Part shown: positions 24,472-33,538 of the stretch, one piece after another | How the letters are laid out: each line of letters begins with the position of its first letter | How positions within the stretch are numbered: the stretch's first letter is position 1 | DNA from: Verrucomicrobiota bacterium | GTDB taxonomy: Bacteria; Verrucomicrobiota; Kiritimatiellia; SS1-B-03-39; UBA6053 | Direction: 5' to 3' | Assembly: GCA_020831635.1 (NCBI GenBank) | Contig: JAFIGC010000013.1 | Location: 385-64,384 of the forward strand | Length of the DNA stretch: 64,000 bases | Notes under the pieces: model-generated | What the model was told of the DNA's origin: nothing | What the model saw: the letters and a program-made list of their open reading frames with translations, nothing else | Databases searched by the model: none | Translations under genes and position numbers: made by a program

Positions 24472-27400
24472 CTATTTCGCCAGCGGGATATTCGGTATTT
24501 CGCCCAAGGGGGCGACTTCTTCGGTTTCGAGCAGGATTCTTTCCACGCCATTGCGGCGGATGACCGCTTGCCCGGGAATGCCTTCGGCGGGATTGGTGGC
24601 GAGGAAGATTTCATCGCTGACCCCGTTGAGGGTGACGCGCACGCCGGTGCCGTTGGCGAGGGTTTCGAAGGTGGGTTGCGGGGTACCGCGTTCGTAGGGA
24701 TACAACACCCATAGCACCGGGGTGCCGGGGGCGGTTTCCAAGCGGACCCACTGTTGGTATTCGCCGTACATCCAGGTTTCCGTCCAGCCGGGCGGGGGAA
24801 TGAGGGCTTTGCCGTCGCTTTCTTCGATCAGTTTCCGCCAGGCTTGCCATGCTTCGGGTTCCTGACGTCCCGGACGCCAGGCGGGTTTCCAGCCGGGTAG
24901 GGGAATGCTGTCGACGCCGTGTTCGCGCTTGAGCGCCTCCATGCGCGCGGCCCATTCGTCCATGGTCTCGCCCACCCGAAAGGTGTATTGTTCGCCGGGA
25001 GACATCATCCAGGAATCGGAATAGGACCAATGGCGTTGGTCGATCTTGAGGTCCGTGGCCTCGGCCACGTAGAGGGCCATGTCCATTTTGTGTTGTCCGG
25101 TGGCGGTGATGAGGTTGCCATCCACGGAGAGTTCACGGGAGAGCAGGTGGATGTTCACCGCCTGGGCTTCCTCGCTTTGGGTTTCATCGCGGACCACCAG
25201 ATAATCGGCGAAAGGACTGCCTTCCTCGTGTTTGACCATGCTGATCAATCGGCGGTGCACGATGGGCGAGACCTCCCGGCCTTCGTAACTGCGTCCGAAT
25301 TCATGGTCTTCGGGGTAGAGCGGGGTCATGTTGACGCTGTTGGAGCGTCGTTCGGCCACAAAGACGTCGGCGAATTCAGAGGATCCGAAGCCGCCGGCGT
25401 TCGCGGTACTGAAAATTTGCTCCATGCCCTGCACATTTGCGTTGCGCTGGTTGTGCCGCACGGTGCCTTCGCGGCCAAAGGTCATGGAGTTGTGCAGGGC
25501 GGCGTGGTCGCCGCGCGGGGTGTAACTGCAGTTGTAGTCGAGGCTGATGGGTTCGCCGTGGGAATAGAAGTGGTAGGCGAGTTCGTCATTGTGGTAGTGG
25601 CCGCGGGTGGGGCCAGCCTTGACGGTGAGGAAGGATTCGCGCTCGGAACCGAAGTTGTTGCGCAGAATCGCCCCGAAACCGTAAAAAGTTTCGCTGTCCC
25701 AGTCCATGTCCATGGGATCCATGGGGGGGATGGTGGCGTCGGCATCGATGAGTTGGGTGCGCAGGCGATTCCGCAACCGCATGCCGCTGTCGAGCAGCAG
25801 TTGCCAGGCACCTTGCATTTCCGAGGCGAATTCGGGATCTTTTTCGGCATAAAAACTGGCGAGGCTGCCGAATCCATGACCCAGGCCCGAGGTCCAGCGG
25901 TGGGTGTCCCCGATGGGGGCGGCGTGTCGGAGGTTGATGCGATGATTGAAGGGGGTGATGAGCTTGCGGTGCCAGCGCCCGGTTTCCTTGAACAAGGGGT
26001 TCGCGGTGACGGGGTTGCCGAATCCGGTGTTCAGGAAGATGCGGGCGAGTTCGAGTTGGTGCTTGAGGGAGTAGCCGGAATAACCGGGGCATTCGTAGCC
26101 GACGCCATCGGGAGCGAGCAGGACTTTGTCGATGTCTTCCATGAAGTTCTCGTATCCAAAGCCGAGCCATTCATCGCTGTGGGGGTGGTCGCGCATGGCG
26201 GAACCGATGTAAATGGCGCCCATGTATTTGTCGGTGTGGAAGTTGGGGTTGCCGGGGGACCAGCCTTGGTGCCAACCCGGCCAGGCGTCCAGATCGGTGA
26301 CGATGTATCCCATGGCGGCGTGCAGGGGACCGCCCACGGGCCTTCCGCCGGCAAAGAGGTCCGCTTCCGCGAAATTGGCGACGTTCCGGGTGGCGCGCTG
26401 GGTGGGATTGAGGAAATCGTCCTGATATCGGCGCTCCAGCCAAAGGCCGGCGTCCTGGGGATTGATGTTTTTGCTATAGTCCGAGGTGATCATTCGCAGG
26501 ATTTCCATGTCGGTGCTGCCCAATTGTTGTTCGACCTCCCGCAATTCGCGGTTGAGTTCGTCGTGGGCCTCCTCGGCGGCGGCGCGCTCGGCTTCGTCGC
26601 GCCCGTTGTCGCGACGGATTTGGTTCAATTCCTGCACGCGGGGACGGAGTTCCTCGCGTTTGGCTTCGAGTTCGCGCAGTTCCGCGAGTTCTTCGGCGAA
26701 AATTTCCGCTTCCGCGCCCTCCCCGGAACTGTACGCTTCCCGGAGTTGTTCCAGTCGTTTGCGGGAGATCATGGCGTTGGGGCCGGCGAGATCGGGGTCG
26801 CGTTCCCAGTCGAGAATATATTTGTTGGTGACCGCGACGAGGGTCCAGTCGGTGTGGCGACGGACGAGACTGTTGAGGTGGTTGAATTCCCTGCGGGGAC
26901 CGATGCAAAGCGCGAAGGCGCGTTGGCCATAATGCAAACCGCTGCGTTCGCCGTCCCGAAGCGGAAAGCGGGCGCTGCCGCGATTGCAGTCCTGAGCGTA
27001 GGCGGCGATGGTGGCGGGGTAGGGGCCCACCCATTTGGAGGCGAAGGCGGCAATGATGCCCACGGCGGGGTTGTCGGGGCTGTAGTTGTCCGCCGCCCGG
27101 GTCAGTTCCACTTCGAGCAAATCGGCGATTTCGTAGAGAGCTTTATACCGCTCATTCAGGGGGATTTTATTGTTATCGGTGATGAGGCGTAGGTTTCCGA
27201 CGCGGTCCCGTTTGGCGGCGGCTTCTTCGTCATCGTTGGCGGCACGGTCGAGATCGCGGAGGGGATTGCGCCAGCTTCGGTTGAGGGTGTGGTCGATGCC
27301 GGGCGGGTTTTCGCCGCCACTGGTCAGAATAAAATCCTGGGAGCCGCCGCCCCCTTGATTCCACCGGGGACGCAGCAAGGCGAAGGGCCGTCCGGTTTGG

Positions 27401-28401
27401 TCGGGGCGGGGTTCGGCGGGCACCCAATGCTGGGTGGTGTTGCCGCCGAATTGGTCGTAAAGGAACCAGCGAACCCAAGTGACCGTGTCCACGGGCATGT
27501 GCTCGTCCGGGGAAAATCCAGGCAAATCGGGTGCATTCGTGGGGTCGCCCCAGGCCATCCAATGTTGATGGATGCCGAAAGGACCCGCCGCATCGCTGGC
27601 GGGCAGATGAAAGCGTTCGTTGGCTTCGATCCAGGGATCGCCCATGACGAAGCGCAGGTGGACTTCGTAGGCGTGGCTCAACTTGGGAATTTCCTCGCGC
27701 GGGGGTTGGTTGGGCTCCCAATCGTGGACTTGTTTGCCCAATTGCAGGGGCAGGGCGGACGTGAGGCCGTCTTCTTCGGCCACGAAGTCATAGCGCACGG
27801 CCACGTCGATGAAGACCGGTCCTTGTTGCAAAATTTCGACCTCAACGCCCCGCACCAAAGCGTCCCCTTCAAACCAGGCCCGTCCGTCCCAGGCCTCGGT
27901 TCCTTTCACCCGTCCGCCGGCAAACCAATGCGGGACCTCCGAAAAGGGGCGGGGATCGGTAAACTGTTGGCCCTTGCGGAGGCGAAACTCGTACATGCCG
28001 TTGTCGATCAGATGATAAGTGTCCTGGTCCCGCATGGAAATTCCGGGTGGGATTTCCTCGGTGCCAAATGTGACGGGCACGCGGTCGAGAATTCCGGTGA
28101 CATTGCGTCCGCGTGAATCTTCATAGCTTTCTTCCTCATCAATGGTGGCCACGAACCAAGCCCGGGCGATTTCCCGTCCGTCGCGTTGCACGCGTTCGAT
28201 TTGTACGGGGCGGGTGTGTCCGGAGGCGGTGGCGGTGGCAAGGGTGTCGGCGATCTCCGCATCCACCTCCAAATAGGTCAAGTCCCAAGGCCAAGAGCTG
28301 CGGAGGGTATTGGGAATGACGCCTTCGACTTGGGCGAACAGGGTAAAGGGGAGGAGCACAAAGGCCGATAGCAAAGATTTTGAGTTCAAGAGGGGATTCA
28401 T
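24472..28401 (-). CDS. Large secreted heparinase II/III-like (polysaccharide lyase-like) protein
   Basis: 1309 aa with signal peptide MNPLLNSKSLLSAFVLLPFTLFAQ. The segment FLTVKAGPTRGHYHNDELAYHFYSHGEPISLDYNCSY matches the heparinase II/III C-terminal pattern (H-x-H-x-D...D-x-G..Y). An internal Glu/Arg-rich coiled-coil segment is present. Confidence 0.6.
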   Translation of the reverse strand: MNPLLNSKSLLSAFVLLPFTLFAQVEGVIPNTLRSSWPWDLTYLEVDAEIADTLATATASGHTRPVQIERVQRDGREIARAWFVATIDEEESYEDSRGRNVTGILDRVPVTFGTEEIPPGISMRDQDTYHLIDNGMYEFRLRKGQQFTDPRPFSEVPHWFAGGRVKGTEAWDGRAWFEGDALVRGVEVEILQQGPVFIDVAVRYDFVAEEDGLTSALPLQLGKQVHDWEPNQPPREEIPKLSHAYEVHLRFVMGDPWIEANERFHLPASDAAGPFGIHQHWMAWGDPTNAPDLPGFSPDEHMPVDTVTWVRWFLYDQFGGNTTQHWVPAEPRPDQTGRPFALLRPRWNQGGGGSQDFILTSGGENPPGIDHTLNRSWRNPLRDLDRAANDDEEAAAKRDRVGNLRLITDNNKIPLNERYKALYEIADLLEVELTRAADNYSPDNPAVGIIAAFASKWVGPYPATIAAYAQDCNRGSARFPLRDGERSGLHYGQRAFALCIGPRREFNHLNSLVRRHTDWTLVAVTNKYILDWERDPDLAGPNAMISRKRLEQLREAYSSGEGAEAEIFAEELAELRELEAKREELRPRVQELNQIRRDNGRDEAERAAAEEAHDELNRELREVEQQLGSTDMEILRMITSDYSKNINPQDAGLWLERRYQDDFLNPTQRATRNVANFAEADLFAGGRPVGGPLHAAMGYIVTDLDAWPGWHQGWSPGNPNFHTDKYMGAIYIGSAMRDHPHSDEWLGFGYENFMEDIDKVLLAPDGVGYECPGYSGYSLKHQLELARIFLNTGFGNPVTANPLFKETGRWHRKLITPFNHRINLRHAAPIGDTHRWTSGLGHGFGSLASFYAEKDPEFASEMQGAWQLLLDSGMRLRNRLRTQLIDADATIPPMDPMDMDWDSETFYGFGAILRNNFGSERESFLTVKAGPTRGHYHNDELAYHFYSHGEPISLDYNCSYTPRGDHAALHNSMTFGREGTVRHNQRNANVQGMEQIFSTANAGGFGSSEFADVFVAERRSNSVNMTPLYPEDHEFGRSYEGREVSPIVHRRLISMVKHEEGSPFADYLVVRDETQSEEAQAVNIHLLSRELSVDGNLITATGQHKMDMALYVAEATDLKIDQRHWSYSDSWMMSPGEQYTFRVGETMDEWAARMEALKREHGVDSIPLPGWKPAWRPGRQEPEAWQAWRKLIEESDGKALIPPPGWTETWMYGEYQQWVRLETAPGTPVLWVLYPYERGTPQPTFETLANGTGVRVTLNGVSDEIFLATNPAEGIPGQAVIRRNGVERILLETEEVAPLGEIPNIPLAK

Positions 28402-28561
28402 GGAGGTCCTTAAATCGGGTTGTTCGAATCGGATAAAATTTATTTGTACCTATACCATAGGATTTCGCGAACAGGCAAGCCCAAGTCGGGCTTTCTATGC
28501 CCCAACCGACTTTCGGCGGTTTTTTCTGGTCAAATGAATTGGCGGGGGTATCCTTTCCATA

Positions 28562-29797
28562 ATGAATCGCATTATTTTTTCTTTACCGCTCCTGATGATG
28601 TGTGTCGGGCTAACGACGGTATGGGGACAAAGCCTCAATATCGAAAGCCAATACAGCCCCTTGAATCGACAGCGCTCTCCGCGTTCCTCCACGGAATACA
28701 TTATCCTGCACACCACCGAAGGCGGAGGGCGGGGCAGCTTGGAAAAATTGCGCAGATTTGGGGAGGCTCATTATATGGTGGATACGGACGGAAAAGTCTA
28801 CCGGATCATCGAACACCGGCGGATCGCCACCCACGCGGGGCGCAGTATGTGGGATGGCCGCTCCAACGTGGACAATTTTTCCATCGGCATCGAAATCGTG
28901 GGGTATCACGACCGCCCGATCACCAATGCGCAAAAACAGGCGGTGCGGGAATTGTTGCGTCAACTGAAAGCCATTTACCGGATTCCCGACAATCGGATTT
29001 TGCCGCATTCCATGGTGGCTTATGGGCGGCCCAACCGCTGGCATCGTGCCGCTCACCGGGGGAGGAAGCGTTGTGGCATGCTCTTTGCCCGCGAGGATGT
29101 GCGCCGTGAACTGGGTTTAACCTCAAAACCCGCTTTCGACCCGGACGTGCGCGCGGGGCGCTTGGTGGTGGCCGACAGTTATTTGGAACGGGTGCTTTTC
29201 GGACCCTCGCCCGTGGGAACCACGACCGCGGCTGCGGCGACGGCAACCGTTCCCGACGCCCCGAATGTCATTGCCCGCAACCGTTCCGCCTGGGACATTG
29301 CCAGGGAGCAGTACAATTCCCCGGAAACGCGATATGAATTTCCGGATGGAACCGTACGGCGCGGCAATGAGATATCGAATTGGAACCGAATGCCGGCCGG
29401 CACCGTCGTGCACATGGGCAATGTCGCCGAGGCCGATCAGCAACGGGAAGCCGAACGCGTGCAACTGATCGGACGGGACGGGCAAACCGCGTCCGAAATC
29501 GCCGGGGATGCCACCCGGGACGCCCGGACCATCTATTTTATGGGGGATGGTCGCGTCGTTCAGGGCAACGAAATGACCGAAGAGGAGGTGAACCGCCTCC
29601 CGCGCGGGACGGGGATGTTGGTGGGCTATATGCATGGGGGCGTCATCAGCGCGCGGCGCCGGGCGTTTGACATCGTGGGGCCGCGATGGAACCTTTCCAC
29701 CACCTTTTACCGTTTGCCCGACGGGCGCATTCAAAGTGGCGAGGAAATCAACGAACGCAATATTCCCAACGGCACCATGGTGTTTTTCCAACCTTGA
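28562..29797 (+). CDS. N-acetylmuramoyl-L-alanine amidase (Amidase_2/PGRP fold) with three C-terminal repeats
   Basis: It has a signal peptide. Motifs YIILHTTEG...HYMVDTDGKVYRIIEHRRIATHAG...NFSIGIEIVG...LPHSMV fit the AmpD/Amidase_2 zinc-amidase pattern. The C-terminus has three copies of about 30 aa of F/Y-x-x-x-DG-x-(V/I)-x-x-GxE...(P/I)xGT(V/M). Confidence 0.75.
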   Translation: MNRIIFSLPLLMMCVGLTTVWGQSLNIESQYSPLNRQRSPRSSTEYIILHTTEGGGRGSLEKLRRFGEAHYMVDTDGKVYRIIEHRRIATHAGRSMWDGRSNVDNFSIGIEIVGYHDRPITNAQKQAVRELLRQLKAIYRIPDNRILPHSMVAYGRPNRWHRAAHRGRKRCGMLFAREDVRRELGLTSKPAFDPDVRAGRLVVADSYLERVLFGPSPVGTTTAAAATATVPDAPNVIARNRSAWDIAREQYNSPETRYEFPDGTVRRGNEISNWNRMPAGTVVHMGNVAEADQQREAERVQLIGRDGQTASEIAGDATRDARTIYFMGDGRVVQGNEMTEEEVNRLPRGTGMLVGYMHGGVISARRRAFDIVGPRWNLSTTFYRLPDGRIQSGEEINERNIPNGTMVFFQP

Positions 29798-29811
29798 GCC
29801 TGGCAAGAGTC

Positions 29812-30210
29812 ATGAAGGTTTCCAAAGCCAATGTACGCACTTTCACGATGGAGGACGGGTGGGTGGCCCGGGTGGGGTGCACCGACGTGGACAACGATAT
29901 ACTTGTCTTTCAGGAATCTTTTCCCCAAGACATGTGGCTGCATGTCAAAGGGTGTCCGGGCTCCCACGTGGTGCTGCACCATCCCGAGGATTCCGATCCG
30001 CCCAAGGCGGTCTTGCAGGCCGCCGGACGCCTGGCCGTTCAGCACAGCAAAGCCAAGAATGCCGGAAAAGCGGCGGTCACCCTATCACGGGTTTCGGATT
30101 TGAGCAAACCCCGGGGAGCGCCCGCCGGTCAGGTTGTAGTGCGCAAAGGACGGACCCTGACGGTGCAAACGAGGGTCAGAACGAACGAGGAAATCCCGAA
30201 ACCCCATTGA
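29812..30210 (+). CDS. Small NFACT-R/DUF814-domain protein
   Basis: 132 aa from ATG 29812. DMWLHVKGCPGSHVVLHHPE...AAGRLAVQHSKAKNAGKAAVTLSRVSDLSKPRGAPAGQVVV matches the DUF814 core (W.Hv....GSHVv...; A...aa.yS.a......V.y). The ORF-track start at 29686 overlaps the amidase gene. Confidence 0.6.
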   Translation: MKVSKANVRTFTMEDGWVARVGCTDVDNDILVFQESFPQDMWLHVKGCPGSHVVLHHPEDSDPPKAVLQAAGRLAVQHSKAKNAGKAAVTLSRVSDLSKPRGAPAGQVVVRKGRTLTVQTRVRTNEEIPKPH

Positions 30211-30330
30211 AAACCGGCATTATTTTCAACCAATGTGTTTTGGAGCTTGTCGAAGGGGGAGAAGGTTTGTTAGTGTTTTTTTGATTTAGATTTGAACAAA
30301 CCCCGCAAATCGGGGTAGGATGAATTGATT

Positions 30331-31107
30331 ATGAATGTACCCTCCTCCAATCCAAACAGCGTTAAAGACGCAAAGCGGGCACCGGCTTACCCCGGGTGTC
30401 GGCATTCCGGTGTCGCATCTGGCTTCACATTGGTTGAATTGCTGGTGGTCATGGCCATCATCATCCTGATTTCGGGCTTTATCGTCACCGCGATTTCCGG
30501 CGGTGATGGTAGCCAAGCCCTGAATTCCGGCATTTCCAAGGCAAACGGAATTTTCAGTGTGGCCCGATCCGCGGCGGTGCAGCGGAAAGCACCCATGCGG
30601 GTTTTGGTTCACTTTGATCCAGAGGACCCCGACAAATTCTTGAGGTACATGGTGACCCTGTATTTGGATGACAGCGAAACGCCTCCCCAATGGAAAGTAT
30701 ATTCAGAGGGTCAATATTTACCTAACGGGGTGTATTTCAGCCCTGGCTACTCCGGTCAGGCGGGCAATTTGCGCCTCCAAACTTGGCGATTGACCGTGGG
30801 GGATGATTATCAAGTGAATTTGATTCAACCAAACCCTCTTTTTCGTAATCCTTATGCCATGGGCAATCTGAATGTTGACCCGCTTAGTCATGCCATTCCC
30901 GGGCGTGACCAGTGGTACACGTTTGAGTTTAATGCAAATGGCACCTCCCATCAACCGGGTGTCCGTTTTGTATTGGCCAATGGCATATTGAACCTTCAAA
31001 ATCTTGAGTTGCGTATTCCCAACGCGGAAATCCTGGGTGGGTTTGTGATTTTTCGAAGCGGAAAAGCCGTCCATTTTCAAGATACCAGTCAAATCACAGG
31101 AAATTAA
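30331..31107 (+). CDS. Prepilin-type N-terminal cleavage/methylation domain protein (pseudopilin-like)
   Basis: G-FTLVELLVVMAIIILISGF is the class III signal and N-methylation motif. The pre-sequence of about 31 aa before the G-F site is unusually long. ATG 30331 is preferred; the ORF-track start at 30325 is TTG. Confidence 0.8.
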   Translation: MNVPSSNPNSVKDAKRAPAYPGCRHSGVASGFTLVELLVVMAIIILISGFIVTAISGGDGSQALNSGISKANGIFSVARSAAVQRKAPMRVLVHFDPEDPDKFLRYMVTLYLDDSETPPQWKVYSEGQYLPNGVYFSPGYSGQAGNLRLQTWRLTVGDDYQVNLIQPNPLFRNPYAMGNLNVDPLSHAIPGRDQWYTFEFNANGTSHQPGVRFVLANGILNLQNLELRIPNAEILGGFVIFRSGKAVHFQDTSQITGN

Positions 31108-31110
31108 ACG

Positions 31111-31794
31111 ATGATGAATAATTCACCTAAGCAGGGCCACCGACGACGGGCCGGATTCACCTTGGCGGAAATCCTGTTGGCAATGTTGGTTTTCGCCATT
31201 GCCATTACCACGATTTTGGCTTTGCTCGCTCGTTCCATTGAAACCGTGGATGAAATCGTTTTGAGAGATGAAGCCATGCGGTTAAGTTCGGCCGTTGAAA
31301 GCTTCATGAGAGATTTACCTTTCAATGAGGCCTATGAATTTGTCCGAAATGAAAGCGTTTATCTGCAAGGCAACTTTTATTCAGCTGACCCGAACAGAAA
31401 TCTCCGCGTAGATGGCACCATGTGGGAAATCCCCATTACCGATCGGAATCAAGCCCAAATGAATGCGGGTGAGGATTTCCTGGTCGCTCCCGTCGTCAGA
31501 CCGAACAGACCTTTCACAGCCAACAACGGTAGGGCCATTAATTTGGGTGCAGCGAGGAACCTCGCAGAACGTGACTATAGAGCCCGCATGGGGCGCTATT
31601 TTCAAATCCGATTGGTGGTTTCGGAAACCAACCCCATTGCCGCGGCGGACATGCCGAGCAACCCGGATGATTATGAGTCGGCCGTCATCGTGGTCTATGC
31701 CGAATTTTACCCCATGCCCACTTGGGAGCGCGTTTTTTCCGACAACCCCAACGCCCGGCCGGTTTACTCCTATAACTTTGCGGTGAGACGATGA
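31111..31794 (+). CDS. Prepilin-type N-terminal cleavage/methylation domain protein (pseudopilin-like)
   Basis: RRRAGFTLAEILLAMLVFAIAITTILALL is a prepilin motif with Glu at position +5. It begins 3 nt after the upstream gene. Confidence 0.8.
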   Translation: MMNNSPKQGHRRRAGFTLAEILLAMLVFAIAITTILALLARSIETVDEIVLRDEAMRLSSAVESFMRDLPFNEAYEFVRNESVYLQGNFYSADPNRNLRVDGTMWEIPITDRNQAQMNAGEDFLVAPVVRPNRPFTANNGRAINLGAARNLAERDYRARMGRYFQIRLVVSETNPIAAADMPSNPDDYESAVIVVYAEFYPMPTWERVFSDNPNARPVYSYNFAVRR

Positions 31795-32657
31795 AAAATA
31801 TGAGTACCACATCCTGTCCATCCTCTCAAGGCATTCGCAAACGCGCTGGTTTCACCCTCATGGAGGTGATGGTCAGCTCGGCCTTGACTTTGGTCATTCT
31901 TGCCATGCTGTTCGGTATTCTCATGGGTGCCATGAACGCTTGGCAGACGGGATCTTCCCGCCTTCAGGAAAACGCGGATGCCCGCATGGCACTGGATTTG
32001 ATCGCCCGGGATTTGCAAAGCATGGTCGTGCGGCAGACCACCATTGATCAGGAATGGCTGGTCTCGGGCCCCGTGGTGACCCCCGGCGATCCAACAGGCA
32101 CCTCCAATCCGCATACATCAAACTGGCTGATGTTTTTTTCGCCCTCCTTGGATCGTGATGCGGGTCAAGAGGGCGATATTGTTGCCGTGAGCTACCGCGT
32201 GGGGTATCAGGATCCCATGACGAATAACACGGACAGTAACTACAAACTTTTCGGCTTGTACAAGCAAATGGAAAGCACCACCAATACCTTCTTGAATGTG
32301 CTGGGGCTCCAAGACATCATGGCGGATCATTGGATGGCGGCGGATACGTTGAACGCCAGTGGTTTGATTATTCCAAATGTCGTGGATTTCTCCATCAACT
32401 GGCAAATTCGCCAGCAGAATGGAGACATTGGGTACGAGCCGGAAGTCGTGCGCTTGGGGAATACATTGACAACTTCGACGGTCGGCAATCCGCTTCGCAT
32501 AGTAGCCGCGGACATTTCCCTGACGGTTGTCAATGATGCCGGAGCAAAGCGCCTGCAACTTCTGGAGCGGACCGGGAATTTGGGGCAAAACCAGTTGAAT
32601 GACGTGATCACGCAATTTGGACGCGTATTCACCACTCGGGTCAAAATCGAGTATTAA
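31791..32657 (+). CDS. Prepilin-type N-terminal domain protein, GspJ/PulJ-like pseudopilin
   Basis: KRAGFTLMEVMVSSALTLVILAMLFGIL is followed by QENADARMALDLIARDLQSM, which is typical of GspJ-like minor pseudopilins. ATGA overlap with the upstream gene. Confidence 0.7.
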   Translation: MKNMSTTSCPSSQGIRKRAGFTLMEVMVSSALTLVILAMLFGILMGAMNAWQTGSSRLQENADARMALDLIARDLQSMVVRQTTIDQEWLVSGPVVTPGDPTGTSNPHTSNWLMFFSPSLDRDAGQEGDIVAVSYRVGYQDPMTNNTDSNYKLFGLYKQMESTTNTFLNVLGLQDIMADHWMAADTLNASGLIIPNVVDFSINWQIRQQNGDIGYEPEVVRLGNTLTTSTVGNPLRIVAADISLTVVNDAGAKRLQLLERTGNLGQNQLNDVITQFGRVFTTRVKIEY

Positions 32658-32663
32658 ACAGGC

Positions 32664-32686
32664 AAGTGCACGTCCCGCACTTTTTT
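32664..32686 (+). terminator. Weak candidate intrinsic terminator after the pseudopilin trio
   Basis: Stem AAGTGC, 7-nt loop and stem GCACTT are followed by TTTT. The stem is only 6 bp, so this is tentative. Confidence 0.3.
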
Positions 32687-32797
32687 GGCGAGTCATGCTT
32701 GCCAATTTTTTCTGTGTGGGTATGGGGAGGGTATTGTTATATTTCTCCTTGGATTCCCCCTCATTCACACGACCCTCGATGACAGCGTAATGCCGAT

Positions 32798-33538
32798 ATG
32801 ACCGAGACACACCATTCTCAATCCCCATTGATTCAAGCCAAAAATTTGGAGCGGGTCTACCGTACCGGCGAAGAAGTGGTGTATGCGATCAAAGACGTGA
32901 CCCTCGACATTTATCCCGGGGAGTACCTCTCCCTGATGGGGCCGTCGGGTTCCGGCAAAAGCACGTTTTTTAATATGGTGGGGGCTTTGGACATTCCCAC
33001 GGATGGCACGATTTCCATCGGTGGGCGGGACCTGCGAAAACTCAAAAGACCCGAATTGGCCTACCTGCGCTGCGTGAACATCGGCTATATTTTCCAGAAT
33101 TATAACCTGATCGAAGTGGTCAGCGCCCTGCGAAACGTGACTCTTCCCATGCGATTTCGAGGATTGTCCGAGGCGGATGCCCGGGAAAAGGCCGCGGTTT
33201 TGTTGGAAAGCGTGGGGTTGGGAGAGCGGATGCATCACTTGCCCGGCGAACTTTCCGGCGGCCAACAACAGCGCGTGGCCATCGCAAGAGCGTTGGCCAA
33301 CGATCCCAGCCTCCTGCTGGCGGACGAACCGACCGCGAACCTCGACAGTAAAACCGGCTTGCAGATCGTGGAATTGTTAAGCCAGTTGAGTCATGAACGC
33401 GGGGTGACCGTGGTTTCCGCCACCCACGACCACAATATGTTGGCCGTCAGCGACCGGGTGGTTTACCTTCGGGACGGGGCCGTGGAACGCGTGGTGAAAC
33501 GTGAAGATTTGGACATTCAAGTGGGACACATCGAATGA
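32798..33538 (+). CDS. ABC transporter ATP-binding protein, MacB/LolD/FtsE-like (class II of the module, copy 2)
   Basis: [41 protein letters not shown]. The class II marker SALRNVTLP is shared with 13918-14697. Confidence 0.9.
   Translation: MTETHHSQSPLIQAKNLERVYRTGEEVVYAIKDVTLDIYPGEYLSLMGPSGSGKSTFFNMVGALDIPTDGTISIGGRDLRKLKRPELAYLRCVNIGYIFQNYNLIEVVSALRNVTLPMRFRGLSEADAREKAAVLLESVGLGERMHHLPGELSGGQQQRVAIARALANDPSLLLADEPTANLDSKTGLQIVELLSQLSHERGVTVVSATHDHNMLAVSDRVVYLRDGAVERVVKREDLDIQVGHIE

Noticed and set aside
24919-27192. 757-aa plus-strand ORF
   Set aside because: It is antisense to the 1309-aa heparinase-like gene, which has a signal peptide and a family signature. The plus-strand translation is Gly/Val/Ala/His-rich and featureless.
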